A DNA stretch of 64,000 nt from Styela clava (taxonomy: Eukaryota): contig NC_135251.1 in NCBI RefSeq assembly GCF_964204865.1, positions 22,630,001-22,694,000 of the forward strand, read 5' to 3'. The notes under the pieces were generated by a model, which was not told the DNA's origin, ran no database searches, and saw only the letters and a list, made by a program, of their open reading frames with translations. Every line of letters starts with the position of its first letter. Within the stretch, counting starts at the first letter, position 1. Of the stretch, positions 1 to 14,616 are shown in pieces. Made by a program: the position numbers and the translations under genes.

Positions 1-1267
1 CGCGCCAAGAATCTGTAAATTGATAAAAGACAGGTAGGGGTAACAGGAATTTACAATTTTCAAAATAATGAGTATTCATATCATGACTCGACGATTTTTC
101 CTTGTAGAAAGGTTTACCATTGGTGCTATCCTGTTATACAGAAGAAACAGTATCTTCTTAAATTACTGCTTATATTGTCAGTATGGCATTTCCGAAATTT
201 CCAAAGAGAAATATTATTATTTATTTATCAATAATTTTTTCTGTACAGACATTTAATCAGTTTAGTCAAGTACAAATGAAAAATAGTTAATGCAAACGCT
301 ATTAAATAAGTTCCAATTGAAGTTGAGATGGCTCACAAACAGTCAATGCTATGGATGAAAATAAATCAGAAAATAATCATGAACGGAAATTCGATTTGAA
401 ATTCAATATTCTTCCTCTCACCCACAGAAAATCAACGAATGTGATAGGCAGAAGCTCGTCTATCTGCCCCATGTCTTTGGAAAATCTGTTTAGGATTCTT
501 CCTAAATTATCAACAGAATAAAGATTTATAAATTGTAACTTTATGTGAAATACCGCGCAAATTACATTTGACTAACAATTTGCAGAATCAATTCTCTTCA
601 ATACATGAGAGTGATTTCCAAATTATGGACACGGAAGCCAGAACGAAGTAGTACGGGTATGCAATCTGTCACAGTAAGCTACCGGTACCGCCTGACCACC
701 AGATAGCCCACGCGAACGCGGAACCGCCACAACGTGAGCAATTTTTAATTTCGATGACGTCAATGCACACAAAAAACGAATCCCTTAAAGCCCAAGAATT
801 TTTTTTTAAATAAAAGAGATAATAGCTTTCTAGCGAAAAATATAATTTTGAATGACTGAAAAATTTCAAGTCGAGAGCAAGAACATGTAAAAGAATTCAT
901 AATAGAAAACATAACACAATATACCAAAACAATCCATATGCACATATCGTGTCCAATAAAAGCAATAAATAGGAAAATGCCTGCTTACCTAATGGATTGG
1001 TATCAAAAAATCTGATCGGGGGTCGTAGGATTGCTTTAAACATCTTCTTATGCATGTGAATACCGGAAGTGACGCAAATATAAAAATGTAAATTTGCACG
1101 AAGCAACACAATCAAAAACACCATCGCCGAAAGAACTAAAAAATAGTGTCTCCTGCATTAGTTTGGTTATTTATTTACAAATATTGGAATTTTTCTCCAA
1201 CCAGTTTCCGCTTTATCTCCCTACTCAATCAAGATAAGCAAATGCCCACGACAATGATGTTCCAGAT

Positions 1268-2548
1268 CAGGGGTGTCAAACTCGTGGGTTTTCGAGGGCC
1301 GAATTGCATGTTGGGAATTGTGAAAGGGCCGCAAACAGTTTTTGATATATTTTCATAATGTATATTTGTGACATATATTTTGATTTGTGATGCAATTGAA
1401 CAGCTGAATGAAGTTTTGTTAAATTCTTAAAATCTTCTTAAATTTTCAATGAATTTACATTTTAATTTTTGCATTTCACTATAATTGCAATTTGCAGTAT
1501 TTTTTACCAAAAATCATAAATTTTTATGTACAACTATCCAAAACATTTTTGCAAAAAGTTTTGTAAAGTAAAGAATAATACATACTGAAAATGACTAACC
1601 GTAATCTAAATATATAGACCTGAAATTTACAAAAATACTACAGAATAAACTCAATGTTTTTTTTTATCACATATATATATCCTGACGTTTGGCATCACTT
1701 TTGTGTCACCTGCTTTCTAAAATCAGGCTAAAATGATTTTACAGTACCAACTCCAATTAACGAAGTCACATAATCATCGGTTAATCTGGAGCGTTGAGAA
1801 TGTTCTATTAATTTCAGTAATGCAAAAATATTAGGTTTATCATTACATGTATAGTGGCAAACAAATGACTGACTTTTCGGACCTGAAATTTCGCGACACT
1901 TCCTATCATTACGTGGCATAGGACCGCTTGAGTTATGATTGATATCGATTTTTAGTAACTATAGGCAGTTGTATAATTATAATAATATACGAACCGAACA
2001 TAAAATTTTCTGTTCGAAGTTTATCTTTAAATTTATCATATTGACTGCTGAGCTTATTCTGATAATGTCTACTTATATTGTTCTCTTTCATTGTACTGAT
2101 GGAAATGTGACAAATTAAACTAAACTAAATTAAATGTGCTTTAGAATTTTGAGGAATGCAAAAATATTGCAACTTCCATTTGTCTTCAAAAATGCCCTTT
2201 TCTTTATGTACTTTGCGTTTCATTTAATCCCTGAAGTGTTTTATTCAAGTATTCGTTTGTTAGCTTGAGGTGTATCCCTAATTGGGTTAAATTGATAACA
2301 AAATTTTATTCCAAAACTACTATCAGTAAATTTTCTGTGTGAATAATCAGTTTCACTTCAAAAGGTTTGAAAAATGTATGACATTTAGATAAAAAAGTAA
2401 ATTTTCTGTGTGAATAATCAATTTCACTTCAAAAGGTTTGAAAAATGTATGACATTTAGATAAAAAAAAACTTACAAAATATTACAATTATTGTTAAGCG
2501 TTCAAGGGCCCTATTGGAAGTTCTCGGGACGCGAGTTTGACACCCCTG
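1268..2548 (-). mobile_element. Non-autonomous hAT (SPIN/Charlie-type) DNA transposon with a transposase C-terminal remnant
   Basis: 17-bp TIRs CAGGGGTGTCAAACTCG / CGAGTTTGACACCCCTG; 8-bp TSD ttccagat / ttctagat (7/8). Minus strand ~1680-1830 reads FALLKLIEHSQRSRLTDDYVTSLIGVGTVKSF*PDFRKQVTQK*CQTSG, typical of the hAT dimerisation-domain end. Confidence 0.9.
2325..2466. repeat. 71-bp tandem duplication inside the hAT element
   Basis: agtaaattttctgtgtgaataatca..catttagataaaaa occurs at 2325 and 2396 with about one mismatch. Confidence 0.9.
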
Positions 2549-4253
2549 TTCTAGATTACCTGCATATATCTTTATGTAATAGCTAGTATCAAACGTGCTT
2601 GTTTTGTGAACACTTGTAAACGAGGTAGTCGAATTAAAATCCTTAGACAGTTCATTTTGTCCTGTTCCAGAACAAGATTCTGTAATCGTTGATGACAAAT
2701 TTGAGAGATACTTTTGATATGACGTTGTCCTGTTGATATATTATCACCAGAAATAAAATGCACAAGTGGTAATGTTTTGCTGTTAAATAGATTCTAGGAG
2801 TTCTAGGAAATAAACAAATATGTAGCATGTGAAAATTACACATAGTCACGCCAAACTCATTAACCGATACATTAGGTAAATAATTGTCATTTACCTACAA
2901 CTCCAACTGACCAAGCTGGAGCAAAATGTTGCCCTGAGGAATAAGTAGACTCACCATTTTAATAACCGACAGTCGTTCATTATGTATAGCACGTGACTCG
3001 CTATAACAATAATAAAAAATAAAACGAGTAAGAATGCGTTTGCCGCAACTCTGAAATATTCGAGATAAACTTTACTCCAATACTTCCTTGTTCTCTTATT
3101 TCCTCTGCATTGATCTTTCTCGATTCTTCCTAAATTGAGGTTTCACATTTTGATCTTTAACATTTTGCATAGAAGGTAATTTGATTAACAGAACATTACT
3201 CAACTCATATATAAAAGAGAATATATGAATTTCTTCATCAAAAAACCATGAATTACAAACAAATTTGAAAAAAAAATATATCTATATATTCTATTCAGCA
3301 GATTATAAAGGAGGGAACTGGTTACTATAGGCGGTGATGCTAAACGTAACAACCAGCAATTTAAAAATAAAATGGTATTAGATGATATGAACCTCTTTCT
3401 CCTTGTCTTCGATTGATAGATCTGGAACTATAGATGTTTGTGGTGAGTCATGTGAGTTTGCTACCAAGCTAATAGTGGATCCTGTAACTGTTTGTCGTTT
3501 TGCTTAAGTAAATCAAAATAAAAAATATTGTCATTGCTAGTGAAAATGTTTGTTATATTTTATTCTTATTGGATTAAAAACATTTTTTATCATACAAATG
3601 AATGAGAACTTATACCCCCCAAAATTGATTCGTTTTTGTCTTCTTTTTTCCTAAGCAAAACAGCAAAATCAACTGAACTATCCTGAAGTTCGGCATAAGT
3701 TCCGCGAACATATACTCTTCCCTGAATGATGAATACAATTTAGACAAGAATATGATAGGACATGGATACAGAAAAAAATGATTGAATTGCTTTATATGTC
3801 ACACTGATTATAATATAATTGTCTCCACTGGAAGACGATGAGAACAGTTTTTTTTAACCGGAAGTGTATAATAGGATATTGTGTTAAAATGAACGCTATG
3901 AAAACATAAAACCTCTTGAAAATGAGAATCTCATCCACTCTTTTCAATAATTGCAGTTGATGAGTAACGAGTATTCGCGCCTACAGAAGAATAATATAAG
4001 TTTGAATGTTAGCAATGGTATGTAATGTAGCTAAAAGTATGAATACTTCATGGAAAATTAAATATTTACCAGAACCGTAATCAGCAAATCAAATTAATTA
4101 CTTTAAATCTAACAACTGATGTGGTGATTGGTTGTAATAATAATATACTTAAAAATCAACTCCTACCTTCTTTTTCATCATTCCACAGATGCAGTGTTCG
4201 AATATATGACTTGCCACAGGGATATCTACTGCATTCAGTGGATCGTCCAATCA

Positions 4254-4406
<153 letters not shown>

Positions 4407-6763
4407 TTAAAAAGACCAGAATTATTGTCAGTCTAACATAAACGGATAGAAATTCATCTTTCAAAATAGAAAACAATAACTCAAGCTGATATATTATAAT
4501 CAAAATAATAAAATCTGGAAAATCTTATTATTCGTCATTGTCGTTTCCTTCATTTAGTCATTAGTGTAACAATATCGAAGCATCATTGTTCATTACAAAT
4601 TTTAACTTCGCGTGACCTGACAGAATTTTGTTTTCAACTGTCAAATGAGTTATGCGGTAAGACTATGCGATATTCGTTCGTACCTTATTTAGTCAGCATG
4701 CGTGGATTACTTCCTGGTAACGTACTTCGTCGAATTCCGCGCCAAGTAAAATATTTTCTCGTACAGTACCGGAGAAAATCCAAGGAACTTGATTGGAGTA
4801 GACAACATTTCCATAAACTGTAGTCTTCCCTTCAGCCGCAGGTAATTCACCGAGTATTGCACGCAAGAGCGAGGACTGAAACAAAACTCTTGTTTATGCA
4901 CAGAATTCACTGTTATTGAAGGAAATTCAGTCGTGTGACTTCCCTGGCAGTTTTGATCAGTTGTTTGTGGTCAAATGTGGTCTCGAACTCGTATACAAAC
5001 ATCTTCGTTAGTGACTTGCGATTCCCGTTTATTTAAAATTAAGTTAAATTAAAATGATATACCCCCTTTGTGTTCCTACTTTGACTATTCGTTCTAGAAG
5101 GAAAGTACAATAATTTTTGTTTCGTTACCTTTCCTGAGCCGACCGGTCCAATAACTGCGACCAACTTTCCTGCGTCTACTCGAACATTTACACAATTCAA
5201 CGCAATATCGAATCTCTCATTAGCATCATCATTCTGCACAAAAAAAATCAAAATTTGAAAACTTTGATTACAATATTTAAACATTTTGTGCTTATATGAA
5301 TGGGTTTAGCAAAGTGAACATTGCCGAATATAATTTGCAATCCGGTTCATTTAAAAGTTATCTTCAATATTATTATGATTTATCACAATACCCGATTATA
5401 AGTACTCTCATATCTTATAACAAGTATAACTAAACTAGTCAAAACTTCTGATTCAACGCAAACACTTTTTCTTTCCTAATAAACTTTTGATATAAACAAA
5501 TTTAAATTAAAAATAAAACACAATCTATTTTGTAGCGAAATTCATGCATTTTGTTTTACGAAAAAATGGTTACGTATCAGTGGAAAACTTTCCGCAGAGC
5601 CTCATAGGAGAGGATTCACAAAAACGCTATATAAAACAAATCATTCGCGCGATTACTATAAATCCCTTATTTGTCTTCTTACCAATTCCCATTTAGCAGT
5701 GAAGTTTTCAAGATCTACGTAAACTTCTTGGTCGGAGTTTGATCTTAAATTATTTCCAATATCAGAAAATTCCTCCATCAGCAAATATTTCTGACAAAAG
5801 TGTTCAATGTCATTTCTGAAACAAATGATCAGTGCAATAGGAATTAATACTTTACAATAACAAATTCAAAAACTAATATAACTTAAAATAATTGTAAAGG
5901 TCACTTTCGTTATAAAGTCATATGTCGTAGTTAAGCCAAGCCGATCTTTTAAATGCCATTAGCCCTACACCTCTGCGTAATGTGCTCTGTCTAAGAATGT
6001 ATACGAGGCCCAAACAAGACGGTTACATGTAATGACATGTTTTATTTAGATAGTCATGCAATATTCTTTATTTATAGTTCATAATGGTTAGTACAGTACA
6101 GCGTGTAAAATGAAGACACCATTCAAAACTTCAATAATAAATTAATATCCGTGTAAATAGGTTATTTTTAGAAAACGAATGAATTGAGTACAAACAAACA
6201 AGCAACATACTCGTGACACAAATGATGAATATTTACCGCCGCGTCTGTGCAAATTTGCCATATTGAAGAACTAAACAAATGAATGTGATATCAATGACAC
6301 AAAGATTTGAAATTTAAATGATAATGGCAATTTGGCAATAATTTTCTCTTTACATCATTTGAAAGGGGACACGACCGATTACCACTGGTAATATTTTTAA
6401 CCATATAATATACGATAAAACAATAATGGGTATATTTTTGTCATGGATAAAAGGATAACGGTATAATGGTATTGATAATTATCATTATAACGAGTACATA
6501 TATATGCGTACATAAAATATAAATAACAAGAAAATGATTAAAAAAAGAAACGATCATACCGGACCTTTCTTTACCAGGATATTGACGCATGACCTAATGT
6601 AAACATACCTGTATTATCTTCATTGATACGTTAGTTGTTGACATATATTCAATTGCTAGCGCGAAACAAGTAGTAGAAAGTTTCAAAGATGAGCTGAGTC
6701 CCATTACTATGAATATCTAAAATAGGTGTATGATTTGAATAATTTTAAAAGCACAGCTAGACG

Positions 6764-7594
6764 CAGTGGTTCCTAAACTTTTTTTTTTTCGCGACCCCAA
6801 TTTTCATAAAATCAAAACCCACAGATACTCGCGACCCCACAACTAGAAACGTTGAGAAACTTTAAAAAATAGTACTGTATATCAGTTTAATTACCTCAAT
6901 GGGAACAATGTACCTGTATATCGATTGCAAATGGAAGTTGACGGTGAACATTGGCCCAAAAATATACGAACGAGTCCGGCAATGCACCGAAAAACGGGAA
7001 AACTTCGAAGGATTTCATAACACAAGGCATCGTATGAAAACCACGATGTAAAAATATCTTAGATCAGAATTATAACGGTTCTTTGGCGAAACACAGACGG
7101 ACTTGATAAAATGTGGTAGATTGTAATTTTCCTTATTTTAGTCCTATTATCAGTTCGACGACTAGCCAAGAACCTCCCGTAGTATTTATACCTAAAATTA
7201 TGGCCTAACCCTAACCTAGTACACATATTACATTCCGATGTCCGCCATCTTGGTTCGCATACTTCGGGAGCCCCCATAAAAGTAGTATAGGAATAACGTG
7301 TTCGGAATCACATCCTTCAGGTGCTTTTTATTATGCTAGAACTTGTTGGGGTTGTTTGTTTGACAACTCGGAACGCTTCGAAAGTATGTATGAAACAACT
7401 AAATACGCAATATGAGGCGTTTTGGACAAAACACAAGACCGACTCGTAGATTTTGGACACGTGCGCAAATTAACAAAGCGCTTTCGCAACTGATCAAAAC
7501 CTAAAGTGTACCTACTCACTTGTGTGCGCATGCAACCCTTGAAAATTTTCACGCGACCCCGTCCGGGGTCGCGACCCACAGTTTGGAAGCAATG
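6764..7594. mobile_element. hAT-type non-autonomous element in an ABCC intron, carrying a nested partial MITE (~7128-7269)
   Basis: Imperfect TIRs CAGTGGTTCCTAAACT / AGTTTGGAAGCAATG and subterminal CGCGACCCC repeats at both ends. No clear TSD. Confidence 0.6.
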
Positions 7595-7663
7595 AGTTCT
7601 CTTCTGCGAAAAGACGCGCATATAATATTGCTATAAATATGCGATCTTATGTCAAAAAATTGC

Positions 7664-7889
7664 TACTGCTGAAGTATGCGCACCAAGATGGCGGACACCG
7701 GAACGTAGTGTGTGTACCAGATTAGGACATAATTTTGGGTACAAATATTACGGGAGTCACGTGGCTAGTCCCCGAACTCGTAATAGAAATAAAATAAAGA
7801 AAATTGGAATAAAATTATGGCCTAACCCTAACCTGGTACACATACTACGTTCCGTTGTCCGCCATTTTGGTACGCATACTTCAGGAATA
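7664..7889. mobile_element. MITE (TA-flanked, Tc1/mariner-type), family copy 1
   Basis: ~55-bp TIRs CTGAAGTATGCGCACCAAGATGGCGGACA..GTACCAG / CTGGTAC..TGTCCGCCATTTTGGTACGCATACTTCAG, with TA at both ends. Related copies at ~7128-7269, 19446-19678, ~21350-21555 and 59699-59800. Confidence 0.85.
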
Positions 7890-10046
7890 ATAAAAAACTT
7901 GAATGTTATTGCGCCTGATAGAGAGTTAAGCACTAATTATGAATAATTCACTTTAATTTGATCGTTTTCTTGTGCAAAACAATACCACAACCATTATCAT
8001 ACCGAGCCGAGTAATGAGTTGTATGATGAGAGTAACCGAGTTTTTCAACCGAGTAACCGAGAATTTCACAATTGTATTCACAGATTTGCAAACTCAACAC
8101 TTCACTCGATTTTATGACGTCATGCCCTAATTATTACTGCACAAAAGCTTCGAAAAGTAGAGAATGTAATAATTGTAGTAACACTATACTGTAATTGATA
8201 CCGATATTGAACCTATTTAGTTATTAGTATAATTAGGCAATATTTTATGTTTAATAAAAATTTGATTAATATTAGTACAGGTTATGAAAGTGTTGTTCAT
8301 ATAACATACCTTCGACGCTGTTATTGTACCTCCCAAGGCAACATATGCCAATAACGTAACAAAAGTCAGTATTTTATCTTGGCAAACCTAGAAGCAGAAA
8401 TGAAAAGCTTTCACTGAAGACGATAGAATAATTTTTTGAACTTCCTTCCTACAGAACAATTGCATCATGAATATTATGTTTGAAATTTGGTTCGGGAAAA
8501 AAAAAAAATTGGTACACATATGGGATAATATCCATTAAAACTGTAGCACAGTTCCTAGAAAAAAAATTAATTTACGTAACATATAGCAACTGCCGTATAG
8601 ATTGAGTTGTGTACCCTTTTCTGCCACTTACAAAACAAAAAAACAACAACCCGCATACACCCACACCAAGTTGAGATGTAAATGGTGCAGGTAATCAAGA
8701 AGATACTATCGATACACATAACATTCGATATTTGCGGTACAAATGGTACGCACGTTACTTATGGAACATACGATACACACAAGGCAGAATTCGAGACACC
8801 CTGTTACGAATATTTGAATCTCATTGTGTTTGTTCCCTACATCGTTTGCTACACAGAAAGTTTCTCCGTTATATTGCGTATCAAATTATATAGCCTTATT
8901 GAACCAATGTAAATGAAATTACCTCCTAGTGTTCGAAACAAGTTTTGCAAATGGTTTTTCCCAAGCATACATTTTTATAATTCTCATTCCAGTTATTACT
9001 TCGTTCATTAGACGTATGCGTTCATCTGTAATAACCGCTGCCATACTTCTGTATTTCACAAAATAGTGTTAATATTGAAGAATTAGAATACAACGTACAA
9101 CTAGAAAATTGTATGGGCAAAGTGGGACATTTATCTGAAAACAACACAAATATTGAACGCAGGGTATGAAGTTAGTATAAAATAAACACCGCAAACATGA
9201 GTTAACTGCCACGCCAATACAAGTGAATGAAAAAGCAGTAGGATAAAAAATCTGTTATATTTAATGAGGTACGTGTTCAAATGTTTTGGGTGATAGATGG
9301 TTACCTGAATTTGCCGAATGGCCGTCCGGAGAATGTTTGCAAAAACATTATTATAATCAAGACTCCCATTCCAGATAAAGCAACAATTCCAATTTCTTGC
9401 CAGAGTATAATTCCAACAATTAAACATTGCAGCGGTGCGACCCAGAGATAATGCAAAGACATAGGGAGCTAAATAAATAGGCATACACATGTAATATGTA
9501 CAAAACCCTTTTTACAACTAGCAAAAAGAATGCTATCCATGAATTGATATATATGTGTCATTTTTAGATGAACGTCCATTTTGATTGTATAACACTTATA
9601 CCCAAGTGTTTTTTTTGCAAAACAACTGCCAATATGGAGTTGGAAAATACAGTTTTAAAGTTAGCCAGTTTTCTGAATCTAAATCTCGAAATCGGAATTG
9701 GAGTTCATTTTGCTGCGTTTACCGGCTTTTTTAAGGTCACAGTTGGCCGAAACTTAACTGGCCATCTCTGTTACAAGGCTCATTTCATACGTTTATTTTA
9801 TTATTTATTTCTATTGAACGTCATTGACGTGCTGAAAAACGAGAAGAAAAATTTTCATTGGGTCACAAGCTTGAAAAATATATGTATTCGAAAAAATCAG
9901 ATATTTTATATGAGCGTTTGACATTTACTCACCTTATCAAATCGAAGAACATCAGTGGCTCCGAGATTAACTATTTTACCTGTCGTTGTATTATTCAATG
10001 ATTTCTGACTCAAGCGAAGTGTCTGCAAAACGAACTTAATATAGAG

Positions 10047-11271
10047 CAGGGGTCACCAAACTATTTTGACCGCGGGCCGGGTATGACTCAAACTGTGTTG
10101 AAACGGGCCGGACAAATATTTTTGTCAGTACAATACAATAAATTCACAAATCTCAAACTAACATGCACAACTCCAGCGTTTATTTGCGACGATCTTTCGG
10201 CGGTGTCAAGACCGTTGCCAGAATAAAATCCTGAAATAATCTCAATATTCCATAGATGTGACGCAGATCGAAAGATTAGTGATTGATATGGGTTCTTTTT
10301 TATATTTATTGCAGTTTTTATCAAAAAAGTAGTACAATCCTTATGAAAAAAATTGGCCTGGGGTGGTACTAAAATACCGTTGTCTCTGTTATTTATTGAC
10401 CGTTTTTTTTATAAACTTGGTATTGTTTTCTTATTTTCACTCAGATCTATCCAATGGCGCAGTTTTTATATAAATCGGATAAACTTTTTTTGTAACATAC
10501 CCACATGGATATTTGCATTTATGCAGTATAGAATAGGGTTGCCATACCGTCCGGAAAATTCCGGACATGCCCGGAATTTAGGGTTAAATTTTGTGTCCGG
10601 GAAGAATTTGAAAATGTCCGGAATCCAGAATTTTACTGCACCTGCAATCTTACTATGCATACTGCTAATACAGAACATTGTTATTTCGTACCGCGCGCAT
10701 ATTTTTATTACGAAGTCATGAAAATAGTTATGCACCGTCCGGAATTTTGCTTTTTCAAATATGGTGACCCAAGTATAGAAGTTAGTCTGAGTTGTGAAAT
10801 TGGAGCAGTACGCGAGGGATTACAGTACTGTTTGCGCAAAATGCACATTCGAAGTTCTTTTTAGCACAAGAAACGTAAGCAGTTTCGTCGAAAGCACGCG
10901 CCACGAGTGAACGAGTGCATCTTTCGCAGAAAGCGTTGCGTACCGGTATGGAATTTTGGCCTATCACAGCTATTTCTAGACTAATTTTTCATTACTACTA
11001 CAACATTAAAACTACAGCTTCTCATGAGGCAAATGATGATTGACTTGTTTGATTCATACAAAAGTGTCTGAGCGGATGCGAAAAGACCTATTATTACGTC
11101 ACTTTTTTGCATCTTGCTGATTGGCCAATGTTACGAAATAAACAAGAAAGACGAGGCTCGGGAAAATTTCCCTTGGAAAAAAATTTCGCCATTTTTGCGT
11201 GTTATTGCGGGCCGGATAAAATGACGCCGCGGGCCGGATCCGGCCCGCGGGCCGTAGTTTGGTGACCCCTG
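10047..11271. mobile_element. Non-autonomous hAT element
   Basis: TIRs CAGGGGTCACCAAACTA / TAGTTTGGTGACCCCTG; perfect 8-bp TSD atatagag (10039-10046, 11272-11279); GC-rich CGCGGGCCGG subterminal repeats. Confidence 0.93.
10534..10772. mobile_element. Small hAT MITE nested in the 10047-11271 element
   Basis: TIRs TAGGGTTGCCATA / TATGGTGACCCAA; perfect 8-bp TSD gtatagaa (10526-10533, 10773-10780); internal TCCGGA repeats. Confidence 0.9.
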
Positions 11272-11390
11272 ATATAGAGTATAGAAGACCAACGGTGCAC
11301 ACAACCTGCGACCGTCGAGACAAAATAATGCGGCCGTCCACATACAAAATCCTATGTCCTATGAACGAAAAAAATTTCAAAATATAATAT

Positions 11391-11693
11391 TTGGCGGATA
11401 TGCTGGTGCAAAAAGAATGATGAACAGCTTGTGCAGAAGTTTAAAGACGAGGAAAATCTGCTGGACACATGGAAAGGCGCAGTTGAATATCCAGTGTTAC
11501 AAGAATTGGCAAGAAAAATTCTCGTTCTTTTTGAAAGCACTTACACGTGCGAAGAATGACGTACCTGAAGAATGAGTACCGAACCAGATTGTTAGACGTC
11601 AACCTGCAGTCTGAACTAAGGCTGATGGTATCCAGCCAGTTACCCGACTTTGCAAGTTTATCTGCCTACATGCACGACCAAGAGAGTCATTAA
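11391..11693 (+). pseudogene. hAT (Charlie/Buster/SPIN-like) transposase C-terminal fragment
   Basis: With frameshifts it reads ..LDTWKGAVEYPVLQELARKILVLFESTYTCE..MTYLKNEYRTRLLDVNLQSELRLMVSSQLPDFASLSAYMHDQESH*, matching the F.STY.CE / R.RL / Q.SH* dimerisation-domain pattern. Confidence 0.8.
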
Positions 11694-12102
11694 ATTGCTG
11701 CAATGCTTTGCAAACTTTTATAGAATAAATTCAATAAAATATTTGACATTTTATTAGACTTTCGGGGACAAGAAAATGGGAGCAACCGCCTCCTCCCCCT
11801 CCCCGACTTTCGATTTTTTTCAAAAATGTGCAACCATTATGCAACTTGCTGCAATATATCTGCTCAAGAATAGGTCCACCGAAAAGAAAAATCCGTCTAA
11901 AATGCAAATATTGATCTTCCAAGTAGACTTACATATTTTATAATTGGGCAGACTGCACCTCGCATGCGTCAAACACGCGGTTATGGCGTCATAAAAGCAA
12001 AAAAAAATCACGCGCCTTCGCCGCGCTCATCAACCCCCTTACGTTCGTATTAAATACAAACAAATGCAATGTGGCCGCCAATGAACCTTTCCCCAAGCAT
12101 CG

Positions 12103-12411
12103 ACTTCCTTGTTTACTTCGTGACATTGGCCAATCAGCAAAATGCAAAATGTGACGTAACAATGCCCCTTTTCGCATCCGCTCAGACACTTTTTTCACTT
12201 AGACAGATTTTCAAGCGTGGTTGTAAACATCACCTCGTTTTCGGGTTTTTGAACTCTATTCGTTAGTTTTCAGTTGTGTTTTGGAAACTTAAATATAAAT
12301 CAGATAATTCAATAATTACTCTGTCTTCCTAGGAGTTTTAATTTAATTGCAGTAAGAAAAATTAGTGTTGAAATAGCTGTGATAGACTAGCCTGAAATTC
12401 TTTACCGGTAC
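12103..12411 (+). repeat. Dispersed ~300-bp repeat (other copies 18374-18670 +, ~10944-11150 -, partial ~17240-17320 -)
   Basis: Shared block TTCCTTGTTTACT.CGTGACATTGGCCAAT.AGCAA.ATGCA.AA.TGTGACGTAACA..CCGCTCAGACACTTTTTTC..ATAGCTGTGAT..AAATTCTTTACCGGTA. Confidence 0.85.
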
Positions 12412-14616
12412 CTTTAAAAAACAGATTGTAGTATGCAATAAATCACAATGATGGTTTGAAACATATACCCCATTTTACAGACGCCAACTTGCAAAAGCAC
12501 TCTTAAAATAGCCCCGAAAATTTTGTAATGGTTAAGTATAGGAAGAATTTTCTGGGAGTTAGAAGTCGGGGAAAGGTCCATAGCAAAAGGTTGTGCACCC
12601 CTTAGACGGACTTAGACGGATATACAGGTATGGTGATGATCGTTAGCTCGTATTCGTGGTTTTACTAGATATTTGTCAGTTTTTACCTTTATTTCCAAAA
12701 TTTTGATGGAAGTTGAATAACTCAATGCCCATTTTGTTTTCAGGAAAGTTTTATATTATTTGCAGCTTTGTTGTAATCAAAAATTAGTCTCAAAGCTGTG
12801 ATAGACTAGGATAAAATTATCTATCGTTAAGTAGCCTACCTCAGAAGGGCGGGTGTTTGAATATTTTGAATCAAAATGATGTTTTGTAACATGAGAAGTT
12901 GGTTGTAAGCGCCAACTCGCGAAAAACATTCTGAAAATAAGCATCAGAAACTTTGCAATGCTATATTTCAAAGGTCGGGGAAACATCCATTTAAATTTTT
13001 CTATTAAATTAGATTGTGCAAACTTACATACTCGATATTGTGAAATTGTAAATCGACAATATACAGATTTCATGCCCGGTTATCGCGCTGCAATGTTCTG
13101 CAGTTCTGTGCAGTAAATCTTGCACCTAATATTTTATTTGTACCATATATACAAACTGTTGAAAATACTTGGTTTGCAAAAAAAGAGGAATTCTCGTGAA
13201 AACAAATCACAATTTCGAATATTTCTGGTATTCGTATAACACTGAAATAATTGTTGTAACTCTAGTTTGGTACTTTTTAATATATTTAACTTTACAATCT
13301 AAATCAAGAAGTCGATTTAGGAAAATATTAGTTTTTGAACCAATGGCTCAAATTGCCAAGCAGTTTCTATAGTCTGTATTTACCGAAAGGGCAAAAAGAC
13401 AAAGTCCTAAAATTTAGATGAAATGATAGCTTGGCTTCAGAAAATCGGGGCTTCAGCAGTCCATTGCAGAGATTTTCAACCAGGGTTCCGCCAGTGCAAT
13501 CCAAGGGTTCCGCAAGTTTTAATATCATTTTGTTTTACCAGTAATGTGGTTTCTTTTGGTTCCCGTACATTGGAACCCACGACAATTACACCTACATACT
13601 ATTGCACCTATGGAAATTTTGTTTGTTTTGCGGATATTTGAACCCATACTAACCCTAACCCATGGGTTAAAATGTACGGTCACAGTTTCTTTTATATATA
13701 TATATTTATAGTTTATATCGACAGTATTGCTAAATTCTTCCCCGAAATTTCCACACTATTGATTGTAGAAGTGTTGGACATAGAGTCTACTCTACTAGAC
13801 ACTCCGAATACAATGTTTTATAGTTATTATTTATTAGTAAGCTAAAAAAGTATGGCAAAATATATATTTTGGCATATTCATCTAGCTGCATTGAGTACTA
13901 TCAAGTCATCATTTCCAAAAAATTAAACTGATGGTACCTGAAATGGTAATGTTAATGCATGTATGATAATTAATTATGTAATTTATATAGCATATGTGGG
14001 ATGACATATATATGGACATAACTTGTGAGAAAACTAAATAATGAAAACGTAGAAAAGCCCCCCTACATTAACAAGAATATTAATACTGTATAAGTTTAAC
14101 AAAAGATCGGAGAGGGTCGGGCGATACGGAATAAAAATGTTCTCTCTTAAAATAACACAGTCAATTTTTTGGCGAAATATTGGGTCCCGTGGGATTCACA
14201 GCAAATTCGACCTTCTTCCATATTTATCTACCGAAATTTAGAATACAATTGTTTGCAGAAAAAAGCGATTTTCACAACGACAATCACCTCAACAAGAACA
14301 ATAATTTATCAAAAGGTGCCCTAGATCAACTTCGAGACAAAATACTGTATGTATATAGCATTTGTACGTACAAATATGAGACCATGCTCTTCAAATCACC
14401 ATCTGAATAAAGTTTATAAATGTGTACGGCGTTTGAATTAAATATTAAAGTTGGCTAATGAAGCAAATAAAATATCATTGATTACGTCACTGCTGAAAGA
14501 GTTGTGAAAATCTAAATCGTAAAAATATAGGCTACAGATTTAAGTGATTCGAGAATTCATTCTTAGAACGATTCATGCTAAATATGAGAACTTATCACGA
14601 TCTAAAGACAATTTTA

